From NCBI GenBank assembly GCA_031385045.1, contig JANNBC010000024.1, positions 32,001 through 96,000 on the forward strand: a stretch of DNA of 64,000 nucleotides, written 5' to 3'. Each line of letters opens with the position of its first letter. Position 1 is the first letter of the stretch. Source of the DNA: a bacterium. Its GTDB lineage: Bacteria; Bdellovibrionota_C; UBA2361; CALJRW01. The translations under genes were made by a program, and so were the position numbers. This document shows, piece after piece, positions 9,381 to 19,234 of this stretch. The notes beneath the pieces are model-generated. The model saw only the letters and a list, made by a program, of their open reading frames with translations. It did not search any database and had not been told where the DNA came from.

Positions 9381-10133
9381 GTGTTGACGGAAAAAGTAAT
9401 CTTTAATCAAAAAAACCCTATTTGGGGAGGCCTAGTGAGAATAGTACTGCTAGTCCTGCTGGGGATTTCTCTATCTTCCTGCTCAATCTTTTATACGACT
9501 GAAAGGAACTACGTCTATCAAGTAAAATTAGGAGATACTTTGGCTAGTATCGCTGCTAATTTCCAGATGGATTTTAGAGAGTTGGCTCGCTACAATGGCA
9601 TTACTAATGCTAATCAAATTATTATTGGTCAGGTTCTAGAAATACCATTAGACCCAAAGTCTCAGGGAGGTCGGGGGGTAGCCAATTCTATTCAATTTGG
9701 TAAGCCAGCGAAGTTTTTTAGGAAGAAAGGCAAAGTCAATCATAATTTACTTGCTTGGCCAATTCGAACCAACAAAGCAAGGATTAGTTCTAACTATGGG
9801 TGGCGCTGGGCTAAATTTCATGAAGGCTTAGATATTGCTGCTGAAACAGGAACTCCAATTTACGCGGCGCATTCTGGTCGAGTGATGATGAGTGGCTACC
9901 AAATTAGTGGCTATGGGAAAATGCTAATTATTCAAAAGGATAACATGCTGACTGTTTATGCTCACAATAGTACTAACTACGTTGATGTTGGTCAAAACGT
10001 TAGTGTTGGACAACACATTGGTGATGTAGGGGCGACAGGAAAAGCAACTGGCCCTCATTTACATTTTGAAATCCGTTTTCGAAATGATGATCGTAAGTTT
10101 GTATCGACTGACCCTGGTGATTATCTTCCTTAA
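9381..10133 (+). CDS. LysM + M23 metallopeptidase lipoprotein (NlpD/MepM-like)
   Basis: Lipobox LSSC, LysM (YQVKLGDTLASIA...IIIGQVLEIP), M23 motifs HEGLDI, YAH, ATGPHLHFEIR. Confidence 0.92.
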   Translation: MLTEKVIFNQKNPIWGGLVRIVLLVLLGISLSSCSIFYTTERNYVYQVKLGDTLASIAANFQMDFRELARYNGITNANQIIIGQVLEIPLDPKSQGGRGVANSIQFGKPAKFFRKKGKVNHNLLAWPIRTNKARISSNYGWRWAKFHEGLDIAAETGTPIYAAHSGRVMMSGYQISGYGKMLIIQKDNMLTVYAHNSTNYVDVGQNVSVGQHIGDVGATGKATGPHLHFEIRFRNDDRKFVSTDPGDYLP

Positions 10134-10161
10134 TAATATTCTAGTAGAAACTTTTTAAGAG

Positions 10162-12123
10162 TTAACTTGTACTTAATATCCTTGTTCTAATTTCTAGAGC
10201 GGTAAGATCAAACGGATGCTTTTCTAATATTTCATTTGCTATTTTTAATGCTTCTTGTTTTTGATTTATTAAGAGATAAGTTAAGGCCAGATTATAGCGT
10301 GCTTTAAGTGTTCCTGGGCTGGAAGCAATGGCTAGTTCACTATTTTCAATCGCAAGTTTTGACTCTCCAGTATTTAAATAGATTAGAGCTAAAGCATTGT
10401 AAATTTCCACTGGATTATTAGTTGCTGGTAGTATGTCATTTAGAATCTGAATTGCTCTAGGAAATGATTTTTTGTGAATTAGAAAGATTGCTTCCCGGTA
10501 ACGCATCTTGAAGTGGCTTTGGAAAAAGCTTTGATTTTGAAGATAAAGAAGCTCGCCTTTTTGAAGGATTTCATCTCGCTCTGCTGGACTCACAACTTCC
10601 AGTAAGGAGTTAATTAAGTCAGCTTGTTTTTGTAACTTAATTTGATGCTCGGCCTCATCAGTAAAAGTCATTGCTGGAATTAATTGAGCAAGATTCGCAC
10701 GCAATAAATTCCTAGTTTTTAAGTCTTTAATTTGATCTAATGCCCCATTATAGTAAGGATCAATCTTAAGAGCTCGTTGTAGATTTGCTTCGATTAGAGG
10801 TAGGAGAGATTGATTGTGAGATTTTTGATAGGCCCGGTCGTAAGCTAAGCTTAGGAAACTATATAGTGCTGGGCTTTTAGGATTCTCAGTGATTGACTGA
10901 GTTATTCGACTAACAGAATGACGCCAAGAATATAACTCTTCTGAAGTTTTGAGACCAAGTAGCAGTAAAATTAAGACTCCCAAAAATACAATTATTTTTT
11001 TTGGCAAATAATCTAATTTTGATGCGATTGTTAGTATAATCAGTATTAATCCGACCTGAGGTAAGTACATCCAGCGATTGGCATTAACCTCAATTCCAAT
11101 TTGTTTAAATTGTATAAAAAGAGTAATTCCAATTCCAAACCAGAGCAGGCCGAGCGCCAGCAAGTTTTCTTTTTTGAGGTAGCAAAAAATTAGTCCAAAA
11201 ATAAACACTGCTGTAAAGCCAAGATTAATAACTAGATCAGAATTTCCCCAATCAAAATTTTGATAAAAAAATCCGACTGAATTTGGATAGAAAAAATGTA
11301 GCAAGTATCTTCCAAAGTAGTAAGAACCAATAGTTAAATTTTGACTAAGATTAATATTAGAGGCACTACTAACAAAGCGTTCATCATCTACTTGAGCATA
11401 GAAAGAGATAAGTCCAATAATTACGGAGCAAATTAATAAAGGTAATGTCTCAGTTAGTTGCCATTTATTCTTAATGTAAGAATTTGATTTAGAAGCTAGA
11501 AGCTCTATTGCAATTAAGATAATTGGGATTGGAATTAAGCTTGGTTTAGTAAGTATACCTATTAGAAAAGTGAAACAGATTAAGAGATACTTAAAAATTG
11601 TTCGATTTTCACGATATTGAAGATAGAGCAGTATTGTCAGCAATCCAAAAAAGCCACTTAGTAAATCCTTTTTACTCGCCAGCCAACTAATAGGCTCTAC
11701 TTGTAGTGGATGTAATGAAAAAATTAATGTACCAAAAATTACTAACCAAAAGCTTTGAAAAAATCTTTTAAAGATCAAAAAAACTAAGCAAGTATTCATG
11801 GCATGGATTATAATTTGTTGCCAGTGACGAGGTGTCGGATCATCAGCAAAGATTTGATAATCCAAGATATGAGTTAATATTAAGAAGGGTGAATAGTTAG
11901 CAAAGTAAATATTGGTAAGCACCCATTTAATTTCATTCCAAGTGACTTGAACAATGTTTATTGGCCAAGAATTAGTATACATGGAATCATCAAGGACAAA
12001 GTACCCAAATTTTGTTGTTGGTAGGTAAAAGAAAATTGTAAATATTATGAGAGAGAACAGAGTGACCAAATGAAGAGAGGTTTTATTTGTATTCTGTAAA
12101 AATTTGTTCAGTACATTAACCAT
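10162..12123 (-). CDS. TMTC-like GT-C membrane glycosyltransferase with C-terminal TPR repeats
   Basis: LDD after TM1, HPLQVEPISW..KKDLL, ANRWMYLP, multiple TM segments, TPR helices (YNALALIY, YNLALTY). Confidence 0.75.
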   Translation of the reverse strand: MVNVLNKFLQNTNKTSLHLVTLFSLIIFTIFFYLPTTKFGYFVLDDSMYTNSWPINIVQVTWNEIKWVLTNIYFANYSPFLILTHILDYQIFADDPTPRHWQQIIIHAMNTCLVFLIFKRFFQSFWLVIFGTLIFSLHPLQVEPISWLASKKDLLSGFFGLLTILLYLQYRENRTIFKYLLICFTFLIGILTKPSLIPIPIILIAIELLASKSNSYIKNKWQLTETLPLLICSVIIGLISFYAQVDDERFVSSASNINLSQNLTIGSYYFGRYLLHFFYPNSVGFFYQNFDWGNSDLVINLGFTAVFIFGLIFCYLKKENLLALGLLWFGIGITLFIQFKQIGIEVNANRWMYLPQVGLILIILTIASKLDYLPKKIIVFLGVLILLLLGLKTSEELYSWRHSVSRITQSITENPKSPALYSFLSLAYDRAYQKSHNQSLLPLIEANLQRALKIDPYYNGALDQIKDLKTRNLLRANLAQLIPAMTFTDEAEHQIKLQKQADLINSLLEVVSPAERDEILQKGELLYLQNQSFFQSHFKMRYREAIFLIHKKSFPRAIQILNDILPATNNPVEIYNALALIYLNTGESKLAIENSELAIASSPGTLKARYNLALTYLLINQKQEALKIANEILEKHPFDLTALEIRTRILSTS

Positions 12124-12164
12124 AAATTTGTAGGTCCTTAGCAGAATCTGCTATTTGCAGGTTG

Positions 12165-12335
12165 AATATAGCAAACCCAAGAATGAATTTCCGAAAAACA
12201 TTTTCGGAAATTCATGTTGTTTTTACTATATTTGTTGTTTTTAGGCATTCAAACCTGACTTTAGCCAGGATTTGAAAAGCCCGAGTCCAAAAAATAATTT
12301 CCTTAACGAAAATTATTTTTTGGACTCTCTATATT
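12165..12335. repeat. Three-hairpin palindromic element, copy 1
   Basis: Perfect 15-bp IR 12183-12215 inside an ATATAG...CTATAT stem; second hairpin 12243-12281; perfect 18-bp IR 12283-12327 followed by TCTATATT; related copy at 24144-24293. Confidence 0.7.
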
Positions 12336-12491
12336 AGTAAAATCACTTATCATTATACAATAATTTAGCTAAGGGAATACTAAAACTCCTATAGACTTGC
12401 TAGTGATCGACAACAAACTGTTACTATGTTAATGCTGATTAAGGTATACTGTAATTATTTTCAAGGAATTGATGATCAGCATCAAAATCTT

Positions 12492-12565
12492 GTCCTCGTA
12501 GCTCAGCTGGATAGAGCACTAGTTTCCTAAACTGGGGGTCGCACGTTCAAGTCGTGTCGGGGACA
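12492..12565 (+). tRNA. tRNA-Arg (anticodon CCT)
   Basis: Acceptor GTCCTCG/CGGGGAC, D-arm GCTCAGCTGGATAGAGC, anticodon arm CTAGT-TTCCTAA-ACTGG, T-loop GTTCAAGTC; CCA not encoded. Confidence 0.95.
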
Positions 12566-12923
12566 CACTATTACTTGTTTTATAAAACTTCTTTCCCTTT
12601 CAAACTTTAAGCAAGTAAGAAGTCTCCCCCATATTTAATATAGAATAAATCCTCTTTGATTTAGTCATAAACGAATATTTCAAGTCTTTATCTGTTATTG
12701 AGATATTTCTCAATAAAATCAATTACTAAATTAGCTTTATTTTTAACTTTTTCATTAATTTAACTTTAGTAGAAAAGAATTAAATCAGTTGTACAATTCG
12801 TATATACTAAAACCCAATAGGTGTTAGATGTTTTAATTCCTTAGCTTTGGAAATCGAGGATTGTCGAGTTCCATTAATTTACCTATTATCTACAAATAGT
12901 TTATAAACTTTTTAAGTTACAGT

Positions 12924-13463
12924 ATGCGCACCATTACTAAAATCTTCCTATCATTTTTATTTATTCCATTATTGGCCATTAATTTAATTGCAGAAGAAGC
13001 AAAAGAAGAATGTCATATTGATTGGCCTAGAGGTTGGAAAGTAACACCAATGCCACAATTCACAGATCAGAATAATAAAGATTTTGGTGGTAAGCGTGTA
13101 CGAGCGTTTTTAAATAATGGGGAAGAATTAAAAGTTGCCATTGAGTATGCCTGTGTTCCGCTAAATGGTCGAAAGTTAAGCTTAGAAGGTGAGTTTGAAG
13201 CTGCGGCAAAAGCAATCCAAGCTGGTTATCAAAAAATGGGTTTAAAGGCGGAGTTTAGCCCTGTACAAAAAAATGTACTTAACCAAACGGCAACTAATGA
13301 AGCAGAAATTACTGTAGTTGCGCCGGAAACAAAATTACACCAATCATTATTGATAGCTGTTGATCAGACCCATCTTTACTCTTTAAGTTATACCGGAGTT
13401 GAGGCCGAATTTCAAAGTAACTTAAAAACTTATCAGGAAGTGCGTGCTAGTCTAGGGAAATAG
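12924..13463 (+). CDS. Secreted hypothetical protein, possibly PsbP/DcrB-like fold
   Basis: Signal peptide, IDWPRGWK start motif and a C-terminal strand-helix pattern (LYSLSYTG...FQSNLKTYQEVRASL). Confidence 0.6.
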   Translation: MRTITKIFLSFLFIPLLAINLIAEEAKEECHIDWPRGWKVTPMPQFTDQNNKDFGGKRVRAFLNNGEELKVAIEYACVPLNGRKLSLEGEFEAAAKAIQAGYQKMGLKAEFSPVQKNVLNQTATNEAEITVVAPETKLHQSLLIAVDQTHLYSLSYTGVEAEFQSNLKTYQEVRASLGK

Positions 13464-13478
13464 TTGTTTAAAAATAAT

Positions 13479-13859
13479 TTAATTTTTAGCAGGTGACTGA
13501 TCAAACCAGACTTTGTTCTGGGTTAGCGGATTCCCGTTATAATTAACTAGTATTTCTTCGCCCTGCTTAATATTTTTAATTGCAGTAAAAATAATTTGTT
13601 TACTCGGGTATTTTGTTTTATAACGCGCATTTGGTTGATAGGAGTGGTTATAGATTGACCCATATCCAAGGGCCAGTCCGCCCCCTTCATCTTTCCAACT
13701 AAAATAATAGTTATACAGTTCTGTTGGATCAATAATCTTTGTGTCTTTTTTATCAAGTATGATGACTGGACAAATTTCCAAGATTTCACCTTTGGTAATA
13801 TCTTTTAGGGCAAAAACTCCTCTTTGATGAAGCTTACTTTTTTTAACTGTAATTTTCAT
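13479..13859 (-). CDS. Single-domain SET protein (putative lysine methyltransferase)
   Basis: RGVFALKDI.KGE, GSIYNHSYQPN, AIKNIKQGEEILVNY. Confidence 0.9.
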   Translation of the reverse strand: MKITVKKSKLHQRGVFALKDITKGEILEICPVIILDKKDTKIIDPTELYNYYFSWKDEGGGLALGYGSIYNHSYQPNARYKTKYPSKQIIFTAIKNIKQGEEILVNYNGNPLTQNKVWFDQSPAKN

Positions 13860-14019
13860 GGTTATATAACTTTAAAAATTTATCTCAGTTTACCTTGAAA
13901 ATCTAGGATCACCTAAAGATTAATAGTAAGATAGTTCATCATTAATGCATAAATAATGATCTAGTCCAAAATCGATCCTTTCCATGGACATTCTAAACCT
14001 CAAAAGGTAAAACTAGTCT

Positions 14020-15387
14020 ATGACTTATTCCATATTTTTTGACTTAGAAACTAGTGACCTTAATTTCATGGGGCAAATTCTTAATTTTAGTTTTATTGTG
14101 GTTGATTCGGAATGGAATATTGTTGACGAGTTAAATGGGGAAATAAAACTAAGTCGTTTGCAATTACCACGAGCGCGAGCAATTCTGGCAAATCAGATTA
14201 ATGTTTTGGAGCATCAGCAACGGGCCAAGTATACCGAGGCCACTGCCATGAGTCGAATAGTTGAGTTTTTGCAAGATTGCTTAGATAACTCGGGAGTCAG
14301 CACGGGGCAATTAATTGGTTACAATTCAGGAAGTTTTGATTTGCCATATTTGCGGACAAGTTTAATTCGAAATGGTTACAACCCTTACTTTAAGATTCAG
14401 AATCGAGACTTGTTGTTAGTAGCTCAAAAATTATGGATTAGTTATCCTGAATTTAGAAAGAAAATTATTGATTATGCGGATCAAAACTCGCTGCCAGCAA
14501 ATCTTAAACTAGAAACACTTTGTAAGGCGCATAATTTGTTAGAAGGAAAACAGTCCCATGAAAGTCGGGAAGATGTAATTTTAACAATCGAATTGGCAAA
14601 AACTTTTTTACAACTTTATGGTTTAGATGTGCGGACATTTGATCCTTATGAAGGACGCTCACTTCATCGTATGCCTCGCGGATCGGTTTTTTCTGTAGCG
14701 ACAGGAATTTATAAGTTAGAAACACAAATTAGTCATTTTACTTTACTGCAAGCTGAGCCGAAAAGTGCTTTATGGATTGATCTAGATAAATTTAAGGAGT
14801 GCCAAGAGCAAGGCCTTGAGCTCAAATCAGCAGTTCGTTGGATTAAGTTTGAAGGAAAAATCTTTGTGACAGATGGACAAGAGGTTCATGATGCCACGTA
14901 TCACGAGCTTGCAAAGCAAGCATTAGTGGCGCTAAAAGATTTACAGATCAGTAATTTCTTTGAAGAGACAACATGCGATATCGAACAATTTATTTATCGA
15001 ATTCCCTTTAATAGTTTCCCAATGCTGGCCAAATTTATGCAAGACCCCAAGGGTTCTGCTCAACTAAGTGCTGATGAGAAGGAATTAGTTAAACGGTATC
15101 GCCTAGCAAATTATCAGCTTGGTTCAGGGGATGATCAAAAAATAAGTCAGGCCTTAAAAGAATATGCCGAATATCGTTACTTAGGACGTGCCCAGCTGGC
15201 CAATACTTCTAAGTCTACTTGGGAAGATTCAGAACATCGTAAAGATTTTCATCCAACATTGATTGAATTAATTGCTGAGATCGATCAGGTAGCTAATGAA
15301 AGCGCCGAGAATCTGCCTTTAATGGAAGCACTAGGTAAGTTTTATCGGGGGTCAGAAATTTTTCAACAGTTACTTGATAAAGACTAA
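14020..15387 (+). CDS. DEDDh 3'-5' exonuclease, divergent exonuclease I (SbcB)-like
   Basis: ExoI FFDLETSD, ExoII IGYNSGSFDLPYLR, ExoIII HESREDV; long C-terminal region not recognised. Confidence 0.75.
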   Translation: MTYSIFFDLETSDLNFMGQILNFSFIVVDSEWNIVDELNGEIKLSRLQLPRARAILANQINVLEHQQRAKYTEATAMSRIVEFLQDCLDNSGVSTGQLIGYNSGSFDLPYLRTSLIRNGYNPYFKIQNRDLLLVAQKLWISYPEFRKKIIDYADQNSLPANLKLETLCKAHNLLEGKQSHESREDVILTIELAKTFLQLYGLDVRTFDPYEGRSLHRMPRGSVFSVATGIYKLETQISHFTLLQAEPKSALWIDLDKFKECQEQGLELKSAVRWIKFEGKIFVTDGQEVHDATYHELAKQALVALKDLQISNFFEETTCDIEQFIYRIPFNSFPMLAKFMQDPKGSAQLSADEKELVKRYRLANYQLGSGDDQKISQALKEYAEYRYLGRAQLANTSKSTWEDSEHRKDFHPTLIELIAEIDQVANESAENLPLMEALGKFYRGSEIFQQLLDKD

Positions 15388-15394
15388 GCTCTAA

Positions 15395-17392
15395 CTAAAG
15401 TAATAGATATTTATCTAAGGCTTGAATCTTATCAATTGCACCAAAAACATAGAGAATGTCATCTGGAAAGATCATTTCTTCGGCAGTGATTTGAGTAATA
15501 AATTCTCTTCCGCGTTTAATTGCTAAAATATTAATTTCAAATTCTTGTCGCAGGTTGCTTTCAGCAATTGATTTTCCAACAATCCGGTTATTCCCTTGCT
15601 GCACTGTAAGTGTAGAAATTTCCATGTTTGGCAAATGTAGAACTGGTGTGATCTGCTTTGTTGGTAGCCGAAAAAGTTCATAGTTCTGAGATCTGATTTG
15701 TTGAGTAAATAATTGAATCTCATCATTAGGAATTAGATACTTTTTAAGTACGCGGTTAAATATTTCAATTGATGTTTCAAATTCTTCAGGGATAATTTCA
15801 TCAGCGCCTAATTGAAGAGTCTCAGGGATTTCTTTAATAAAACGAGTCCGAACAATTAAATAGGCATTGTGAGTTAGTGAGCGGACTTTAGTAATAATTA
15901 GTTTAGTTGCTAGTGGATCGGAGATTGCGATTACTACAACGCGAGCTTCTGAGACATGTAAGTGTTGTAAGATAGTTTCGTGAGTTGCATCTCCAAAGAA
16001 AATTGGCTCACCTTCTTTTTTAGCTTCTTCTATTGAATCGGGATTTAGTTCGACAATTACATAGGAAATACCCGCTTGTTTGGCAGCCTTAGCTAAGTTT
16101 TGTCCATTAATCCCATAGCCAATAATTACTAAGTGATCTTTTAACTGCTGACCAGTTTGGTCTTTTACTTCTGTTAATTGCCTTTTTTTATTAATAGCAT
16201 TGAGGCGTTCCCGGACACGTTCTGGCAGAGTTCTTTGTAGTAGCCAATTAGAAATTCTACTGGCAGAGCTAATCACAAAAGGAGTCATGGCCATTGTGAC
16301 AATACAAATTGCTAGAAAATATTGATAAACTTCTCTTGTTAAAACGTGATACTGCATACCAGTAGCAGAAAGAATAAAAGCAAATTCTCCTACTTGAAAG
16401 AGCATTAAAGTGGACATGATAATTGTTCTGGCATGGTAGCGCAGGATTGCTACGGTTAGGGCGAGAATTAAACATTTTATGAGAATTACTCCGAGAGTAA
16501 AAATCAAGATTGCTGGTAAGTGTTGAATCACAAATGACAAATCAAGGAGCATTCCAATCGAGACAAAGAAAAAGCTTACAAAGATTTCCCGAAAAGGCAG
16601 AACAATTGCTGTCGCTTGATGGTGATAATCAGACTCTGAAATTACTAGGCCAGCAAAAAAAGCGCCAAGGGCTAGGGATAGTCCGACTGATGATGTTAGC
16701 CAAGCAGTTGCAAAGCAAAGGACTAAGATTGTCATCATGAAAAGTTCATTACTTCTTGTTTTAACAACCTGTGTTAAAAGGTAAGGAACGACATAGCGGG
16801 CAAGTATAATAATTATCCCTAAGACCAAAGCAAACTTTAGGACCATCAAAAACAAGGTCATCGGTATGTTATTTGCTTGTCCAGCAAGGATTGGGGTTAA
16901 GAGCATCATTGGGACAACAATAATGTCCTGAAAAATTAAGATACCGACGGCTACGCGTCCGTGGGGTGAGGTAATCTCACCATTGCGATGCAAGACTTTA
17001 AGAACAATTGCGGTACTGCTAAGCGATAAGAGAAACCCAATAAAGATGGCCTGATTCCAAGCTAGTCCTAGGGTATAACTAATTAAGGCTGTTAATAAGA
17101 TTGTACCACCTACTTGTAAGATTCCACCGCCAATTACAGTTTTGCGAATTGCAACTAAACTTTTTAAGGAAAACTCAATACCGATGACAAATAGTAAAAA
17201 GATCACTCCGATTTCTGCTAATAATTCTACTTCATGGGTTGCTTGAATAAAACCTAGAGCGGATGGTCCGATTAAAGCCCCAGTCATTAAAAATCCTAAA
17301 ATTGCTGGAAGTTTTAACTTTTGAAAAACTAAGATCGTAAAAACGGAACAAGCTAGAATAATAACAATCTCAGAGAGAAGTGGGATGCCCAT
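15395..17392 (-). CDS. CPA2 (Kef-type) cation:proton antiporter with TrkA-N and TrkA-C domains
   Basis: LSLSSTAIV, GILIFQD, QVGEFAFIL, GYGINGQ, FGDATHE and a C-terminal RCK-C. Confidence 0.92.
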   Translation of the reverse strand: MGIPLLSEIVIILACSVFTILVFQKLKLPAILGFLMTGALIGPSALGFIQATHEVELLAEIGVIFLLFVIGIEFSLKSLVAIRKTVIGGGILQVGGTILLTALISYTLGLAWNQAIFIGFLLSLSSTAIVLKVLHRNGEITSPHGRVAVGILIFQDIIVVPMMLLTPILAGQANNIPMTLFLMVLKFALVLGIIIILARYVVPYLLTQVVKTRSNELFMMTILVLCFATAWLTSSVGLSLALGAFFAGLVISESDYHHQATAIVLPFREIFVSFFFVSIGMLLDLSFVIQHLPAILIFTLGVILIKCLILALTVAILRYHARTIIMSTLMLFQVGEFAFILSATGMQYHVLTREVYQYFLAICIVTMAMTPFVISSASRISNWLLQRTLPERVRERLNAINKKRQLTEVKDQTGQQLKDHLVIIGYGINGQNLAKAAKQAGISYVIVELNPDSIEEAKKEGEPIFFGDATHETILQHLHVSEARVVVIAISDPLATKLIITKVRSLTHNAYLIVRTRFIKEIPETLQLGADEIIPEEFETSIEIFNRVLKKYLIPNDEIQLFTQQIRSQNYELFRLPTKQITPVLHLPNMEISTLTVQQGNNRIVGKSIAESNLRQEFEINILAIKRGREFITQITAEEMIFPDDILYVFGAIDKIQALDKYLLL

Positions 17393-17491
17393 GATGCAGT
17401 AGGTTGGTGTTTTGATATAATTAAGAAGTATTATGAATATAACGGATGTTTGAAGGATTGCCCAGACCTATCAAGTATTTTTAGTGATTCT

Positions 17492-19093
17492 TTAAGAGCT
17501 ACAGGATAATGCCGAGCAGCCTGCTTTATCTTTGGCCCAATCTGGCCTTCTTTTATAAAATTTTTGAGTTACACTATTTTCTTGGTAAGGAGTTTTTAAT
17601 GCTAGCATTAGCGAATCAAGTTGTTCGCGGTTTCCAAAAGCGAGTTGCTCGAGAGCTTCTTGAACTAAGTAATTACGTAGGATGAAATAGGGATTATGAC
17701 TATTCATTAGTTTAGTTTGTTCAGTCACTGCAAGTGGATTACTTATTTGTATTTTTAGGAAAGCTTTAATCCAACTAATCAGTGGTTTCGCAATTTCCGG
17801 AAGATTTTCTTGTTGGTAGTAGCAGGCCTCAATCTGTTTTAAAATTAACTGCTCTGTTAATTCTGTTTGTTTAGTTAATTCAATGACCTTAGCAAGTTCA
17901 CGATAGAAAATAGTTGGATCTATTTCTGTTGATTGTAAGGCTTGATCTAGATCTGTGATTAATTGTGTTGCTATTTCTGCTGGTAAATTTTCAAAGCCTA
18001 ATTTCTTGGAGAACATTTTAATAATCTCAGATTCAAAGGTTTCTTGATAACTTTTAAGTCCAATTTGTAATTGCTCAGCAGTCTCCATTAAAGGCTCTAG
18101 CGCTTCTGCTAGTTTGGTTAAATTCCAAAAAGCAATATTTGCTTGGTTGCCAAAGCTGTAACGACTATGTTGACTATCAGTCGTATTTGGAGTCCATGAA
18201 GGATCGTAGATATCAAGCCAGCCATATGGTCCATAATCAATTGTTAATCCAAGAATTGAAAGATTATCAGTATTCATCACGCCATGAACAAAACCAACTC
18301 GCATCCAGTCTACAACTAGACGAGCTGTTCTTTGACATACTTCAGTAAACCAAAGTAAATATTTGTCTTTCGTTAGATTTTGATATTCGGGGTAATGTTG
18401 AGTGATGGTGTAGTCAACTAGATCCTTTAAAAGTTTAAATTCACCGCTAGCAGTTAAGATCTCGAAATGTCCAAAGCGTAAGAAGCTTGGGGCTAGTCTT
18501 GTGGTAATTGCTCCAGGCTCAGCTTGGGGATTGCCATCATAAAACATGTCGCGAATTACAGAATCGCCTGTGAGCGTGCAGCAGAGAGCTCTAGTTGTTG
18601 GAATATTTAGATAATACATTGCCTCACTACATAGAAATTCTCGAAGTGAAGATCTTAAAACTGCTCGACCATCTCCTCGTCTGGAGTACGGAGTTGGCCC
18701 AGCTCCTTTTAATTGAATTTCAACTTTTTGGTTTTTTGAGTTGATTACTTCTCCTAGTGAGATTGCTCGTCCATCTCCTAGTTGACCCGCCCAAAAACCA
18801 AATTGATGTCCTCCATAGCGAGTAGCATAAGGAAACATCTCAGGTAAAATTTGATTGCCAGTAAAAACTTTTGCTTCAATTCCGTCCGTAGTTATAGGTT
18901 CTACTAGATCAAGGAGTTCCCCAGCTGATTCTGACCAGATTAATATTTCTGGTTTACTGACGGGAGTTGGTGAGGTCTTGCAAAATAGAATTTCACTTGT
19001 AGTTCCAGGAGTTAGCAGATCGCGTAGGTCTCCAGGGAAGGTCTGCACAAAGCTGTTTTTAAAGTTTAAGTTATGAAGATTAGAATTACTCAT
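17492..19093 (-). CDS. selO: Protein adenylyltransferase SelO (YdiU family)
   Basis: YGGHQFG..AGQLGDGRA, QLKGAGPTPYSRRGDGRAVLRSSLRE, GFVHGVMNTDN, IDYGPYG, C-terminal SCSS. Start set at ATG 19093; the track extends to 19135. Confidence 0.95.
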   Translation of the reverse strand: MSNSNLHNLNFKNSFVQTFPGDLRDLLTPGTTSEILFCKTSPTPVSKPEILIWSESAGELLDLVEPITTDGIEAKVFTGNQILPEMFPYATRYGGHQFGFWAGQLGDGRAISLGEVINSKNQKVEIQLKGAGPTPYSRRGDGRAVLRSSLREFLCSEAMYYLNIPTTRALCCTLTGDSVIRDMFYDGNPQAEPGAITTRLAPSFLRFGHFEILTASGEFKLLKDLVDYTITQHYPEYQNLTKDKYLLWFTEVCQRTARLVVDWMRVGFVHGVMNTDNLSILGLTIDYGPYGWLDIYDPSWTPNTTDSQHSRYSFGNQANIAFWNLTKLAEALEPLMETAEQLQIGLKSYQETFESEIIKMFSKKLGFENLPAEIATQLITDLDQALQSTEIDPTIFYRELAKVIELTKQTELTEQLILKQIEACYYQQENLPEIAKPLISWIKAFLKIQISNPLAVTEQTKLMNSHNPYFILRNYLVQEALEQLAFGNREQLDSLMLALKTPYQENSVTQKFYKRRPDWAKDKAGCSALSCSS

Positions 19094-19234
19094 CAGTTTA
19101 TTATCTAAACTTAAAAAATATTTATTAAAGAACACAGCAATAAACTGAGAGTATTAAATTCTAGTAGAGAATCTAAGGTTAGAGAAAGTTAATCACCAAG
19201 TTATCTTTCTTCTAGGTTAAATAGTTGTTACTAA

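Noticed and set aside
12492..12923. Genomic island integrated at tRNA-Arg
   Set aside because: I saw no integrase and no duplicate of the tRNA 3' end in the window; the downstream DNA is simply AT-rich
13904..13915. Additional LexA box TAGGATCACCTA upstream of the exonuclease
   Set aside because: The half-sites are one base closer than in the boxes at lexA; not counted without genome-wide support
17492..17510. Selenocysteine at the SelO C-terminus
   Set aside because: The gene ends TCC TGT AGC TCT TAA (SCSS-stop) with no in-frame TGA
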